Shown here piece after piece: positions 47,805-57,292 of a stretch of DNA of 64,000 bases. Where the stretch lies: assembly GCA_037481775.1 (NCBI GenBank), contig JBBFKZ010000004.1:1-64000 (forward strand), in the 5' to 3' direction. Numbering within the stretch: the first letter of the stretch is position 1; the number at the start of each line of letters is the position of its first letter. The notes beneath the pieces are model-generated. The model made no database searches. It had not been told where the DNA came from and saw only the letters and a list, made by a program, of their open reading frames with translations. The DNA is from Candidatus Bathyarchaeia archaeon (GTDB lineage Archaea; Thermoproteota; Bathyarchaeia; Bathyarchaeales; Bathycorpusculaceae). The position numbers were made by a program, and so were the translations under genes.

Positions 47805-48110
47805 TTATATGGTTAGTAAGCCTTTTTTGCGGAGTGTATCCGCTTGGGCATGTGTGTACCGCCAAGTTACATCGCCACGTTTGTCGCTTTGAAAATCCCA
47901 TGGCGAAACAAGGACAACATCGCCTTCGCGGATCCAAACTCGCCTTTTCATTTTGCCGCGTATTCTGCAAAGGCGTTCGTTTCCGTCTTGGCACTTGACT
48001 AGGATACGATCGAAACCGAGTAGTTTCACTACTACGCCTAAAACTTCGCCTGGCCCGGGATACACCATTTCGCTGATTTCGCCTTCGCTTAATACTTTTT
48101 TCTTTCCCAA
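47805..48110 (-). CDS. eif1a: Translation initiation factor aIF-1A (canonical locus)
   Basis: aIF-1A motifs; conserved eif1a-rio1-dim2 order. Confidence 0.95.
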   Translation of the reverse strand: MGKKKVLSEGEISEMVYPGPGEVLGVVVKLLGFDRILVKCQDGNERLCRIRGKMKRRVWIREGDVVLVSPWDFQSDKRGDVTWRYTHAQADTLRKKGLLTI

Positions 48111-48323
48111 GCTTGAACCTCGCGATTTATTGTAACAGAATGATTAGCTTCCTTAAAAGGATGTTCATTTCAGAACATAAAAAATGTGAGGAGTAACCGG
48201 CAAGGCGCCAGAATCCTGCGATAACAGGAGATATGGCGAAAAAGAGAAATGCAATTATTTGCATAAGTACTGCTTGAGATTGCGTCGGCTATTGCGGGCA
48301 TTTAAATGTCTGATGGTGAGTGA

Positions 48324-48728
48324 TTGTTGAATACTCGTTTCTTTATACGCTTCGTTGCTTTTGATAAACCGTGGTTTTATCTCTTTACACTATTCGCTTT
48401 CGCCACGATTATGCTTGTTTGGATAGGCAATCCTTTGCTGCCAGTGCCAGCGCTTCAGGCGTACGGTTTGGCGTGGCATCATATTCCGGAGATAATTTCT
48501 TTTCAGTTGTTTGGTATGTGGCTTGGAAGCTTAGGCTATTTATCCATGGAGAGCTTAACTTATCGTGACTTTTTAACGCTGGCATTAACGGCCGCCGTCA
48601 TTCTAGCCTATGCGAAGATTATATCGTATCTCACGATGTTCCCGATTGTTCTAACTATAGCGTTGCTCCCATCATTCACAGGTTACTTCAGTATACGCCT
48701 ACATCAAATCCGCAAAACCAAACAATAG
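48324..48728 (+). CDS. Hypothetical membrane protein
   Basis: Several hydrophobic segments. Confidence 0.6.
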   Translation: MLNTRFFIRFVAFDKPWFYLFTLFAFATIMLVWIGNPLLPVPALQAYGLAWHHIPEIISFQLFGMWLGSLGYLSMESLTYRDFLTLALTAAVILAYAKIISYLTMFPIVLTIALLPSFTGYFSIRLHQIRKTKQ

Positions 48729-48864
48729 AAAACTTCGAATTGCAATTGTTCTGTTTCTAAAGTATTTTTTGGTCGGTAGACCCGGCTCTTCTCATTTACG
48801 TTTTGCGAATCTGGCGTAAATTTTTATGTATAAATGTATTACGTGTAGAAGGGCGACTTGTTGC

Positions 48865-49644
48865 ATGTCTTATGTGTTTAGCCTACCATTCCGCGACAAC
48901 GCGAAACTGAAGCATATTGTTGAAAAAGTTAGAGCTGATGTTAAACTGCAGAGTTTTTGGAAATGCGCTAATGTCATGGCTATTGAACGCTTGGGCTACA
49001 CGGATCACGGTCCGACGCATGTGAAAATCGTCGCCAACTTGGCGCTTAAGTTGCTACGCATTCTTGTAAGCAAGCAGGTTACGCCGAGCGTCGTCAAGAG
49101 TTATGGCATGCAAAATGAGGATGCAGAAGTTGTGGTTGTGCTCGGCGCGATTTTCCATGACATTGGCATGATAGTTACAAGGCAGGATCATGAAAAATAC
49201 AGTGTGCTTATTGCATTGGAGTTTCTTGAAAAGCTTTTAACGCCGATTTATCGAGAAGAAGAACGGGCAATAATCACCAGTGAAGTGCTACATGCTGTTG
49301 TAGCACATGAGCAGCCGAATAAGCCTTTAACCGTGGAGGCAGGTGTTGTGGGAATTGCTGATGCATTGGATATGGAGGCAGGCAGAGCAAGGATTCCGTT
49401 TAAATCAGGAAAAATCGACATCCACGCGGTTTCCGCCTTATCAATAGAGAAAGTGGAGATTTTGGAAGGCAAAGAAAAGCCAGTCACCATAAAGATAACA
49501 ATGAGCAATTCTGCGGGCATTTTTCAAATAGACGAGTTGCTAAAGCCACGGGTTGAAAAGTCAGGACTACAGAATTACATTCACGTGGTAGCGGAGATAA
49601 CCGGCGAAAAAGAGCGGAAAATCCTCGAAAAATTCGAAATCTAA
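48865..49644 (+). CDS. HD-domain phosphohydrolase
   Basis: DHGPTH, FHDIG, ADALDM. Confidence 0.9.
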   Translation: MSYVFSLPFRDNAKLKHIVEKVRADVKLQSFWKCANVMAIERLGYTDHGPTHVKIVANLALKLLRILVSKQVTPSVVKSYGMQNEDAEVVVVLGAIFHDIGMIVTRQDHEKYSVLIALEFLEKLLTPIYREEERAIITSEVLHAVVAHEQPNKPLTVEAGVVGIADALDMEAGRARIPFKSGKIDIHAVSALSIEKVEILEGKEKPVTIKITMSNSAGIFQIDELLKPRVEKSGLQNYIHVVAEITGEKERKILEKFEI

Positions 49645-49731
49645 CATATGCAACAGCAAGATTAAATCCTCTTTTCTTAATCAGCCTTTGGAGGAAGACA
49701 TGTGAGGAATTCCGAGTGTACAATTTACGTT

Positions 49732-49908
49732 ATGTATATGGATAGGTGGCTACAGAAGTATCGAAAAGAAAAGGAAGGCTGGGTTCAAGTCAGCTCAAAC
49801 GGTTCGGTGCGACGCTGCACCGCAGAGCAACTGCTTTCGCATATCCTGCCAGTACTTGCGGGAATAAAAGGGAAAAACGTAACCGTCAAAGTTGAGCCAG
49901 ACAACTAA
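49732..49908 (+). CDS. Small hypothetical protein
   Basis: Compact ORF MDRWLQKY..CTAEQLLSHILP. Confidence 0.55.
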   Translation: MYMDRWLQKYRKEKEGWVQVSSNGSVRRCTAEQLLSHILPVLAGIKGKNVTVKVEPDN

Positions 49909-49950
49909 ACAAGCGTGCATTTTGCAAAGAAAAAAGAGGGGGGCAGGTGT

Positions 49951-51096
49951 TTAGACTGCAGTTGCCGTTACGGTGTAGGTTTGGAAGCCTTCACCCATCA
50001 GTCTAATTGTGTAGTTGTTGCCGGCTATTGGGGTTACTGTCCACAGGGGATCTTGTTTCCAGCCAGTATAAAGCGCGATGACATCGTTGAAAGTCAATGT
50101 GACGCTTTCACCAGGATTTAATGTCACTGATGAAAAGGGATTAACGTACCCAGCGGGCTTCCAGAAAGCGCCGTATACAGGAATCAGTGAGGTGTCGTTT
50201 ACTCTGAAGGGAATTGTCTGCTGGTAGCGCTTTATTCTGTGTTCCATACGCCATCCATGTCCAGATAATTTCCACAGGTTTTGCGTTGAGTTGAACTCGC
50301 CGTGCAGCGTTAATCCAAAGATTCTAAATGCTATGTCGCCCTCGTTCTTCAATGTCACTGAAAGCCCGGTAGTGTTTCCATTAACCGTAAGTGTTGCCGA
50401 AACAATCGTCACATTCTTATTGAATTCTTCTTGCACACGATTAAGCCGCACGCGATTATGCTCACCGATCTCGATGATCGTACCTACCCTGGTTTGTGCC
50501 GAGGTTATTTCGTCGACAATGATTGCATTTGCGCTGGGTACAAGCACGTAGTAGTATACTGTGGCATCATTCTCATCTGTTGCCTGTATTTGAACTAAGG
50601 TTGGGTTAAAGTCGATTAGTACACCTGAAAGCGTCTTGTTCACCGCGCCGTTAACAACTTTGACGACAAAGGTCTCGGACAGCGCAGTCACATCATATGT
50701 TTCATCGTTTATAACAGCGGTCACATTGGCTATCGAGAACTGAATCTTATCCACCGTGGAATTAATCGGGACGGTTACGGTAGCAAGCGTCTGAGTCATG
50801 TTAATCAGCGAGAACAAGTTAACAGTGCCTTCGGCATCAACAGGCACCCACTCCGCCGTACCATTTGGATAAATTACGTGCAATGCAATATCCGTATATG
50901 TCAAATTGAGCTGAGTCGTTCCAGCAGGAACCGTCGGCGGATCAGTCAGCATAACAGCGAAAGTCGCGCCCTCCACCGTCGGAATTGTCGGCACAAGCGG
51001 CGTATTAGGCAAGTTTGCAAATAAAGACACGGCAATGATGGCAATTGCAGCGGTTACTGCAGCTAAACCATATTTGAAAGGCCATCTTCTATACAT
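49951..51096 (-). CDS. Membrane-anchored extracellular beta-sandwich protein (DUF4382-like N-domain)
   Basis: N-terminal TM, VMLTDPP, many N-x-T/S sequons. Confidence 0.7.
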   Translation of the reverse strand: MYRRWPFKYGLAAVTAAIAIIAVSLFANLPNTPLVPTIPTVEGATFAVMLTDPPTVPAGTTQLNLTYTDIALHVIYPNGTAEWVPVDAEGTVNLFSLINMTQTLATVTVPINSTVDKIQFSIANVTAVINDETYDVTALSETFVVKVVNGAVNKTLSGVLIDFNPTLVQIQATDENDATVYYYVLVPSANAIIVDEITSAQTRVGTIIEIGEHNRVRLNRVQEEFNKNVTIVSATLTVNGNTTGLSVTLKNEGDIAFRIFGLTLHGEFNSTQNLWKLSGHGWRMEHRIKRYQQTIPFRVNDTSLIPVYGAFWKPAGYVNPFSSVTLNPGESVTLTFNDVIALYTGWKQDPLWTVTPIAGNNYTIRLMGEGFQTYTVTATAV

Positions 51097-51223
51097 TCTG
51101 CTTTCCTCGAAACCATAAAAAGCCAAGGCGGCTCTAAAACCTACAGATTTTAAAGTCCTTTAAAACTGCTTGAAAGCGCTTTAAACAGTTTTTAATCATA
51201 AACGCAAATGGAACTTTTTTGAA

Positions 51224-51643
51224 TTAGGCTGCGAGTTTACGCCAAAGCCGAATTGTTTCAAACCAGAAAACGGCAAGCATCGCAAAGCACACGCCAATCA
51301 GATAATAAACGAAGTTGCCACCGGCCCAAATTTCAATTGAAAAGAAAACAACAAGGATTGTGAAGAGCAACGAAAAAAAGAACAGTTGCGGCACCACGGC
51401 AGGCCCGATTTTTGAGTAGCCTTCAAGAACCTTGTCAGCGGCATCTTTCACCGCCGAATAACGCCCATACGCGTCCTGTTTTGCGAAACCTAGTTCCACA
51501 AGCTTACTGAGATGGTAAGAGGCAAGCGACGCTGAAGAAAAGCCAAGCGAACGCTGGACATCTCTAAGTTCAGAGGGGCTATTCTTGAGTAAATACAGGT
51601 AAACCTTCAATGTGTTACCTTTGACTTCCTGATTTTGCGACAT
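51224..51643 (-). CDS. wHTH regulator with two C-terminal TM helices
   Basis: RDVQRSLGFSSASLASYHLSKLVELG followed by two TM segments. Confidence 0.85.
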   Translation of the reverse strand: MSQNQEVKGNTLKVYLYLLKNSPSELRDVQRSLGFSSASLASYHLSKLVELGFAKQDAYGRYSAVKDAADKVLEGYSKIGPAVVPQLFFFSLLFTILVVFFSIEIWAGGNFVYYLIGVCFAMLAVFWFETIRLWRKLAA

Positions 51644-51755
51644 ATAACAGAATAAAATATTAAAACACACTACTTAACTTTACGATAAAAGCATTATCTT
51701 GCACCCATTAATAACAGAACTTTTATAATGCAATTGCGCAAGTGTGAACGCGTAA

Positions 51756-53432
51756 ATGATGAAGCATAATAGCGGTTTGCAGTATTATTTGCTGGTTGTA
51801 GCTGTTGGTTTGGTAGCAGCAATCTTCGCTGTTGCCCTATACATATTATACTTCGCAATTTGGAGTTTTACACAAAATGCACTAGGCTACTCGATGTTGC
51901 TCTTGCCGTTAATGGCTTTCCTCGCAATTGGCTTGCCATATGGCCTAGTAAAGGTATTTGCTGATACGAAAAAAACTGGAACTGGAACTCATACAGTTCT
52001 TGAGGCATACCACTTATCCAATGGTAATATAGGCCAAAGAGACGCAATTGTGAAACCGGTTGCGGGCATATTAACCATAGGCCTAGGCGGAAGCGCTGGT
52101 CCAGAGGGGCCAAGTTTGTTGGTTGGAGGTGGTGTTGCCGCTACATTGTCTAGACGCCTCAAGATTTCAGCAGACATGCAACAGAAATTATTTGTGGCGG
52201 GCGCGGCAGCCGGCTTAGCCGCAACTTTCCGCACACCCTTAACAGCCATATTATTCGCGTTAGAGATTCCCTATAAGAATGATATTGCACGTGAGTTATT
52301 TATTGAGGCAGTTATTGCGTCTGTTCCAGCGTATTTACTGTCGATAACAGTGCTCGGCAGCGAACCGCTCTTCGGCGCAGTCAGCGGCGCTTCTCTTACA
52401 TTCAGCGACGTCGGCTTTTCACTGCTGTTGGGAGTAATTTGCGGCGTATACGCGGTTTTGTTCACCAAAATTTTCACCTACTTCGAAAACTTGAGCGTTA
52501 AATTGCGGAAAAAAATAGGTGCCGCTGGCCTAATATTGCTGGGAGTAATGACGCTAAGTCTTTCAGGATTCTTCGCCGAAGACACGCTTGGAGTAGGATT
52601 CCCGCTGATAGACCAGATAATTAAAGGAACAGCAATCAGCACTACAATTTTAATATTAATTGTGATTGTGAAAACCTTTGCTACCGCGGTTACCTTAAAC
52701 TTTGGAGGAAGCGGTGGCCTTTTCTTCCCCACAATCGTGGTAGGCGCAGGAATCGGTTACATATTCTCATCGATTTTAAATGTTAACCTCCATGTAATGT
52801 TCGTCGCCGTAGGCATGGCTGCGCTGCTTTCGGGAACTCATAAAATTTTACTGACGCCCGTAGCCTTCGTAGTTGAAACTTTAGGGGGATTATTTGCGAT
52901 CCCAGCGCTTTTAGCAAGTGGAATAAGCTATCTCATTTCAGGAAAAGCTTCATTCTATCAACTGCAGCCACATACAAAACTGAAGACTGAAGAGCTAGCG
53001 CTTGAAAGGTTCTATCATAAAGGAAAAGCGTTAATTCCTGAAAAAATAAAAGCTACACGCGCAAGCGAAGTTATGACTAAAAACCCAGTATCTCTGCATT
53101 ATAAAACCAGCGTGCACGATGCGCTGGAGATGTTTAAACGCACAAAGCTGAGAGTCTTGCCTGTTGTTGACGATGCTACACATGTAATAGGCGTAATTAC
53201 ACTTGAAGATCTAGGAAATGTGGATGTCCACCGCCGCGAAATAAGCCTATCCGAAGTGGTAATGCATAACCCAGCGGTGATTGATGAAAACGCAGACTTG
53301 GAATACATCGCTCAGTTCATGATGGAGAAAGAGCAAGACCACATCTTTATAGTAGACAAAGATGGCAAGTTGGCAGGCGTGATATCAGGAATCGACGTTG
53401 TTAAGAAAATCATCGACCTTGCACCTTTATAG
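51756..53432 (+). CDS. ClC chloride channel/antiporter with CBS pair
   Basis: GGSAGPEGP, GGSGGLFFP, C-terminal CBS domains. Confidence 0.9.
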   Translation: MMKHNSGLQYYLLVVAVGLVAAIFAVALYILYFAIWSFTQNALGYSMLLLPLMAFLAIGLPYGLVKVFADTKKTGTGTHTVLEAYHLSNGNIGQRDAIVKPVAGILTIGLGGSAGPEGPSLLVGGGVAATLSRRLKISADMQQKLFVAGAAAGLAATFRTPLTAILFALEIPYKNDIARELFIEAVIASVPAYLLSITVLGSEPLFGAVSGASLTFSDVGFSLLLGVICGVYAVLFTKIFTYFENLSVKLRKKIGAAGLILLGVMTLSLSGFFAEDTLGVGFPLIDQIIKGTAISTTILILIVIVKTFATAVTLNFGGSGGLFFPTIVVGAGIGYIFSSILNVNLHVMFVAVGMAALLSGTHKILLTPVAFVVETLGGLFAIPALLASGISYLISGKASFYQLQPHTKLKTEELALERFYHKGKALIPEKIKATRASEVMTKNPVSLHYKTSVHDALEMFKRTKLRVLPVVDDATHVIGVITLEDLGNVDVHRREISLSEVVMHNPAVIDENADLEYIAQFMMEKEQDHIFIVDKDGKLAGVISGIDVVKKIIDLAPL

Positions 53433-53540
53433 TGTCAAAAGCTTCCTAAAAAATGGGAAGTAGCCTCGCGGAAACTATATTGGAGACCGCTAGGAAAATA
53501 CTTGAACAACCTCAATACTAAAGAGGTATAGGCGAATAGC

Positions 53541-54929
53541 ATGACGAAAACACGAGTAGAAATAGACCCGCTGGGTGAAAAAGAGATACCTGAAACTGCC
53601 TATTATGGAATCCAAACAATGCGGGCCACAGAAAATTTTCCAGTCAGCGGCATCAAGGCGCCGCGCGTCTTTATCGAAGCGTATGCGATGGTGAAGAAGG
53701 CCGCCGCCTTAGCAAACGCGAAAGTTGGGTGGCTGGACCAAAAAATTGCGAACGCGATTATCCAAGCATGCGACGAGATTCTCGCGGGTAAGTTTTTGGA
53801 TCAGTTTGTTGTTGATGTTTTCCAAGCTGGCGCTGGCACATCATTTAACATGAACGTCAATGAAGTTCTGGCAAACCGTGCGCTGGAGCTACTCGGCAAA
53901 GCAAAGGGCGATTACAAAACCGTTAGCCCAAATGACCATGTGAACATGGCGCAGTCTACAAACGACACATTCCCCACAGCCCTCCACATTGCTGTTTTAA
54001 TGGCGCTACAGCCGCTGCTTAACGAGTTGGACAAGCTTGCCGCGGCATTCGAGAAGCTGGCTGAAAAGCACCGTGAAACGGCAAAATCTGGGCGCACACA
54101 CCTTCAAGATGCGGTTCCCTTAACCATTGGGCATGAGTTCGGCGCTTACGCTTCAGCGTTGAGAAACGCTTGCGAACAACTCAGGGAAAGACAGAAGAAT
54201 TTGTATGCGCTCGCGTTGGGGGGAACAGCCGCCGGTACAGGCGCTAACACGCACCCGCAATACAAGCATCTGGCAATTGAAGAGCTGCGGAAGATGACGG
54301 GCTTTCCATTGAAAGCCGCAGAAAACCCGTTTGAAGCACTGCAGAGTTACAGGCCATTGCAGACGGTGTCCAGCGGCCTGAAAGAGCTAGCGCTAGAGCT
54401 TATTCGAATCGCGAATGATTTACGGCTACTCTCTTCTGGGCCGACTACCGGCTTGGCGGAAATTGAGCTTCCCGCTGTGCAGCCTGGCTCGTCTATAATG
54501 CCTGGGAAAGTTAATCCTGTAATGGCTGAATGCCTAAACATGGTGGCGTTTCAAGTGGTAGGTAACGATTTGACGGTTTCGCTTGCAGTGCAGGCTGGTC
54601 AGCTGGATTTGAACGTTATGACGCCTGTTATAATGTATAATATGCTCTTCTCCATCCAAATCTTGGCGAACTATCTGCCAGTTTTTAGAAGCAAATGTGT
54701 TGAAGGCATTGTCGTGAACGAGAAGCGCTGTGCGGAGTACTTGGAGAAGAATCCGTCGTTGGCAACTTTCCTTTCGCCTTACATCGGCTATTTAGAAGCA
54801 GCAAAAATCGCGAAGCAGGCGCTGGAAGAAGGGAGATCTGTAAAAGAAATTGCCTTAGAGAAGGGCTTGCTTAAGCCGGAAGAGCTGGAGAAAATCTTTA
54901 ACCCAAAAAGGCTAATTAATGAGGAATGA
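53541..54929 (+). CDS. Aspartate ammonia-lyase / class II fumarase
   Basis: GRTHLQDA, GSSIMPGKVNP; FQAGAGTS favours aspartase. Confidence 0.85.
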   Translation: MTKTRVEIDPLGEKEIPETAYYGIQTMRATENFPVSGIKAPRVFIEAYAMVKKAAALANAKVGWLDQKIANAIIQACDEILAGKFLDQFVVDVFQAGAGTSFNMNVNEVLANRALELLGKAKGDYKTVSPNDHVNMAQSTNDTFPTALHIAVLMALQPLLNELDKLAAAFEKLAEKHRETAKSGRTHLQDAVPLTIGHEFGAYASALRNACEQLRERQKNLYALALGGTAAGTGANTHPQYKHLAIEELRKMTGFPLKAAENPFEALQSYRPLQTVSSGLKELALELIRIANDLRLLSSGPTTGLAEIELPAVQPGSSIMPGKVNPVMAECLNMVAFQVVGNDLTVSLAVQAGQLDLNVMTPVIMYNMLFSIQILANYLPVFRSKCVEGIVVNEKRCAEYLEKNPSLATFLSPYIGYLEAAKIAKQALEEGRSVKEIALEKGLLKPEELEKIFNPKRLINEE

Positions 54930-54944
54930 TGACGGCTGCTGAGG

Positions 54945-56291
54945 CTACGTGGTTATTCCCATAATGCTGACTTTGACCACAGCGTCTGTTGATGCAGAGC
55001 TTGACTTAGCGTCGACAAGAATGTTCCAGATTATGCTTTGGGACGGAAACATTCTTAGAATGTCGTCGTCGCTCAGCCACAGCGTTGTAGCGCTACTGAA
55101 GGTTTTTTCCACACTTGGCGAGATGGCATTATCTACAAATTCAAGGCGAAATCGGACAGTGATTGTTTCGTTGTATGCAAAGCTGCCTTGCACTTCTATT
55201 TTCGGCTTAAAAGAGGCAATAGTAAGCGGTCTCATCTGGATGCTTTGCGCGGGACCGTACTGCCCGCTAAAGCCTATTGGAATGTTCAATTCTTCCTGTT
55301 TAAAGACGGAGCCAAACCCTGAAACCCATTTGTTGGATGGATTGTGGATTCTGGCGGTCCAGTTGCCCAGAAAGCTTATGCCGCCTGCAAGGACTGGTGG
55401 CGTAATCGATGTTTCTCCCAGTGATATTGCGTATAACTGGTCGGGATAATCCGCGAATGATTCAAAAACCACGCTTGACAGCAGGGTTTGATGCATCGAC
55501 CCGTCAAGTAGAAGGCCTGTTTGGTTACGTATAAACCCGTTTTCGCCCATCCACATCCTTACGTCTTGTATTTGGCTGTCTGAGAATTCGGCGAGGCGCT
55601 CGACTATTATGCCTACTGAGTTATCAAGAATGTTGAAAAAGCATCGGCTGATTTTTGAGCTTGCATACGAGCCTGTGCCGTTGCCTGCTGGCGTTCGAAA
55701 TGCTATGCCTACGGTGGAGTTTATAAAGTGGCAATCAGCTATTTTTGTGCCTTCACTCCATGTTTCTGTGTTTACAACTTCAAGCGCTGTGGGACAGCAT
55801 ATAAACATCATGCGTGATACGGTGGTGCCGAAGGAGTTTTCAATTCGTAAGGTGCCATTAATTATGGTTAATCCTGAAATGAGGTTATTCTGAGAACTAG
55901 TATAGTCGCCGCCTTTTATAATGAGCCTTTTGCCGTTGCCTATTATTACCGCTCCGTCGCTGAGCAGTTTGCCATTTCGCTTATTATACACCTGAATATC
56001 TGAGTATAGCGTATAATTACCCGGTCTTATGTAAACGATATTTCCTTTAGCCATCGCTTGATTTATGACCTCAGCAGCATCTGCGGAAATGAACTCAACG
56101 TATCCGCTTGCCTGACTCTTTGCCTTATACATGGTGTCTTCTTGAAAAATCACATAATCATAGGCTAAATCATGAGCAGCGTTTTCCACAGCTTGCCTTA
56201 AGTCGAGTATTAGATACATGTTTATGGCCGAAAGCGCCAAGGCAATTACCAAAATTAATGTTTGCACCTGCTTGGAAGGAGAGATTTTCAT
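54945..56291 (-). CDS. Secreted right-handed beta-helix-like protein
   Basis: N-terminal TM, INQA..IYIRPGNY-type start of a beta-helix. Confidence 0.6.
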   Translation of the reverse strand: MKISPSKQVQTLILVIALALSAINMYLILDLRQAVENAAHDLAYDYVIFQEDTMYKAKSQASGYVEFISADAAEVINQAMAKGNIVYIRPGNYTLYSDIQVYNKRNGKLLSDGAVIIGNGKRLIIKGGDYTSSQNNLISGLTIINGTLRIENSFGTTVSRMMFICCPTALEVVNTETWSEGTKIADCHFINSTVGIAFRTPAGNGTGSYASSKISRCFFNILDNSVGIIVERLAEFSDSQIQDVRMWMGENGFIRNQTGLLLDGSMHQTLLSSVVFESFADYPDQLYAISLGETSITPPVLAGGISFLGNWTARIHNPSNKWVSGFGSVFKQEELNIPIGFSGQYGPAQSIQMRPLTIASFKPKIEVQGSFAYNETITVRFRLEFVDNAISPSVEKTFSSATTLWLSDDDILRMFPSQSIIWNILVDAKSSSASTDAVVKVSIMGITT

Positions 56292-56400
56292 GTCTGTCTT
56301 TCATCCTTAAGTTGCCTAAATGCTCCAATGGGATAATGTTAGAACCGTCTTCTTCAGATAAGGTTTATCGTGCGGGACATAGTGCGTTCGCTGCAAAAAG

Positions 56401-56697
56401 CTAAAGCTTCACGATTTGCGCGTGAGGCACTCCTTCTATGTGTAAAACAGCCTCTGGATGCACGTAGCCTTTCTCGATGGCTTTTCCGACGCAGTTTTTG
56501 CCTACCATGTTTACAATCGTCGAGTTTGCAATCATCTCCATTGCCTCTTCTAAGCTGACTTTTCCCCCGTTGTAAAATTCATCTTTCACATGGAAGGTAA
56601 TTTTGCCTTCTTTCAAGGTTCTGCCAAGAACTTCACAATCGCAGATGGCTAAGAGTACGTTTCTACCGACTTTTTTAAGGTTAACGTAAACATCCAA
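56401..56697 (-). CDS. DUF424-like protein
   Basis: LAICD.EVLG, FY.G, VNMVG, GVPHAQ; next to aIF-2beta. Confidence 0.85.
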   Translation of the reverse strand: MDVYVNLKKVGRNVLLAICDCEVLGRTLKEGKITFHVKDEFYNGGKVSLEEAMEMIANSTIVNMVGKNCVGKAIEKGYVHPEAVLHIEGVPHAQIVKL

Positions 56698-56711
56698 GTT
56701 TCAACGCGCTC

Positions 56712-57122
56712 TTATAATTGCTTTACAGATGACTTTGCACCGCACGCGTTGCAGACCAGAAATGATAAGCGCTTCTCTCTAACAATCTTCGTGTCTGGAC
56801 GTTTGCAAACAGGACAGACAACAAAAATTTCCATATATCTTTGCAGTAACCGCTCAAGGCTGTCTTGCTGGAACTTTCCCTGAAAAATCACCCTAGAATC
56901 TTGGTAAGTCGCCGCTGTAGCCATCTCGCGTGTCAAAAACTTTAAAATATGCTGTGGATCCCTGTCCAAGATCTCAGCTACCTCTCTAAAGTTAGACACA
57001 ATCGTACGCATGCCTATAGTGGTTATTAATAACCGCGGTAATGTCAACCGCTCACGTTTCACTGAAACCGCAGGCATTTGCGAGTAAGCTCGCTTTAACA
57101 GCTCATCATAACTGTATTGCAT
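56712..57122 (-). CDS. eif2b: Translation initiation factor aIF-2 beta
   Basis: YDELLKRAY, CPVCKRPDT, CNACGA. Confidence 0.95.
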   Translation of the reverse strand: MQYSYDELLKRAYSQMPAVSVKRERLTLPRLLITTIGMRTIVSNFREVAEILDRDPQHILKFLTREMATAATYQDSRVIFQGKFQQDSLERLLQRYMEIFVVCPVCKRPDTKIVREKRLSFLVCNACGAKSSVKQL

Positions 57123-57292
57123 TTTCTCTCAGCAAAACCATGTATCAACACGTATTTAAAATATTAGCTTCCCAGCTGTAGATTTGAACCTCGCGGATAA
57201 ACTCAACAAGCGCTAACAGCGTCTTTAGCTTACACGATACGGGCAATTTTTTAAATAAAAAAAGATGGGAAAGTTGGGTTTAATCTTGCTGT

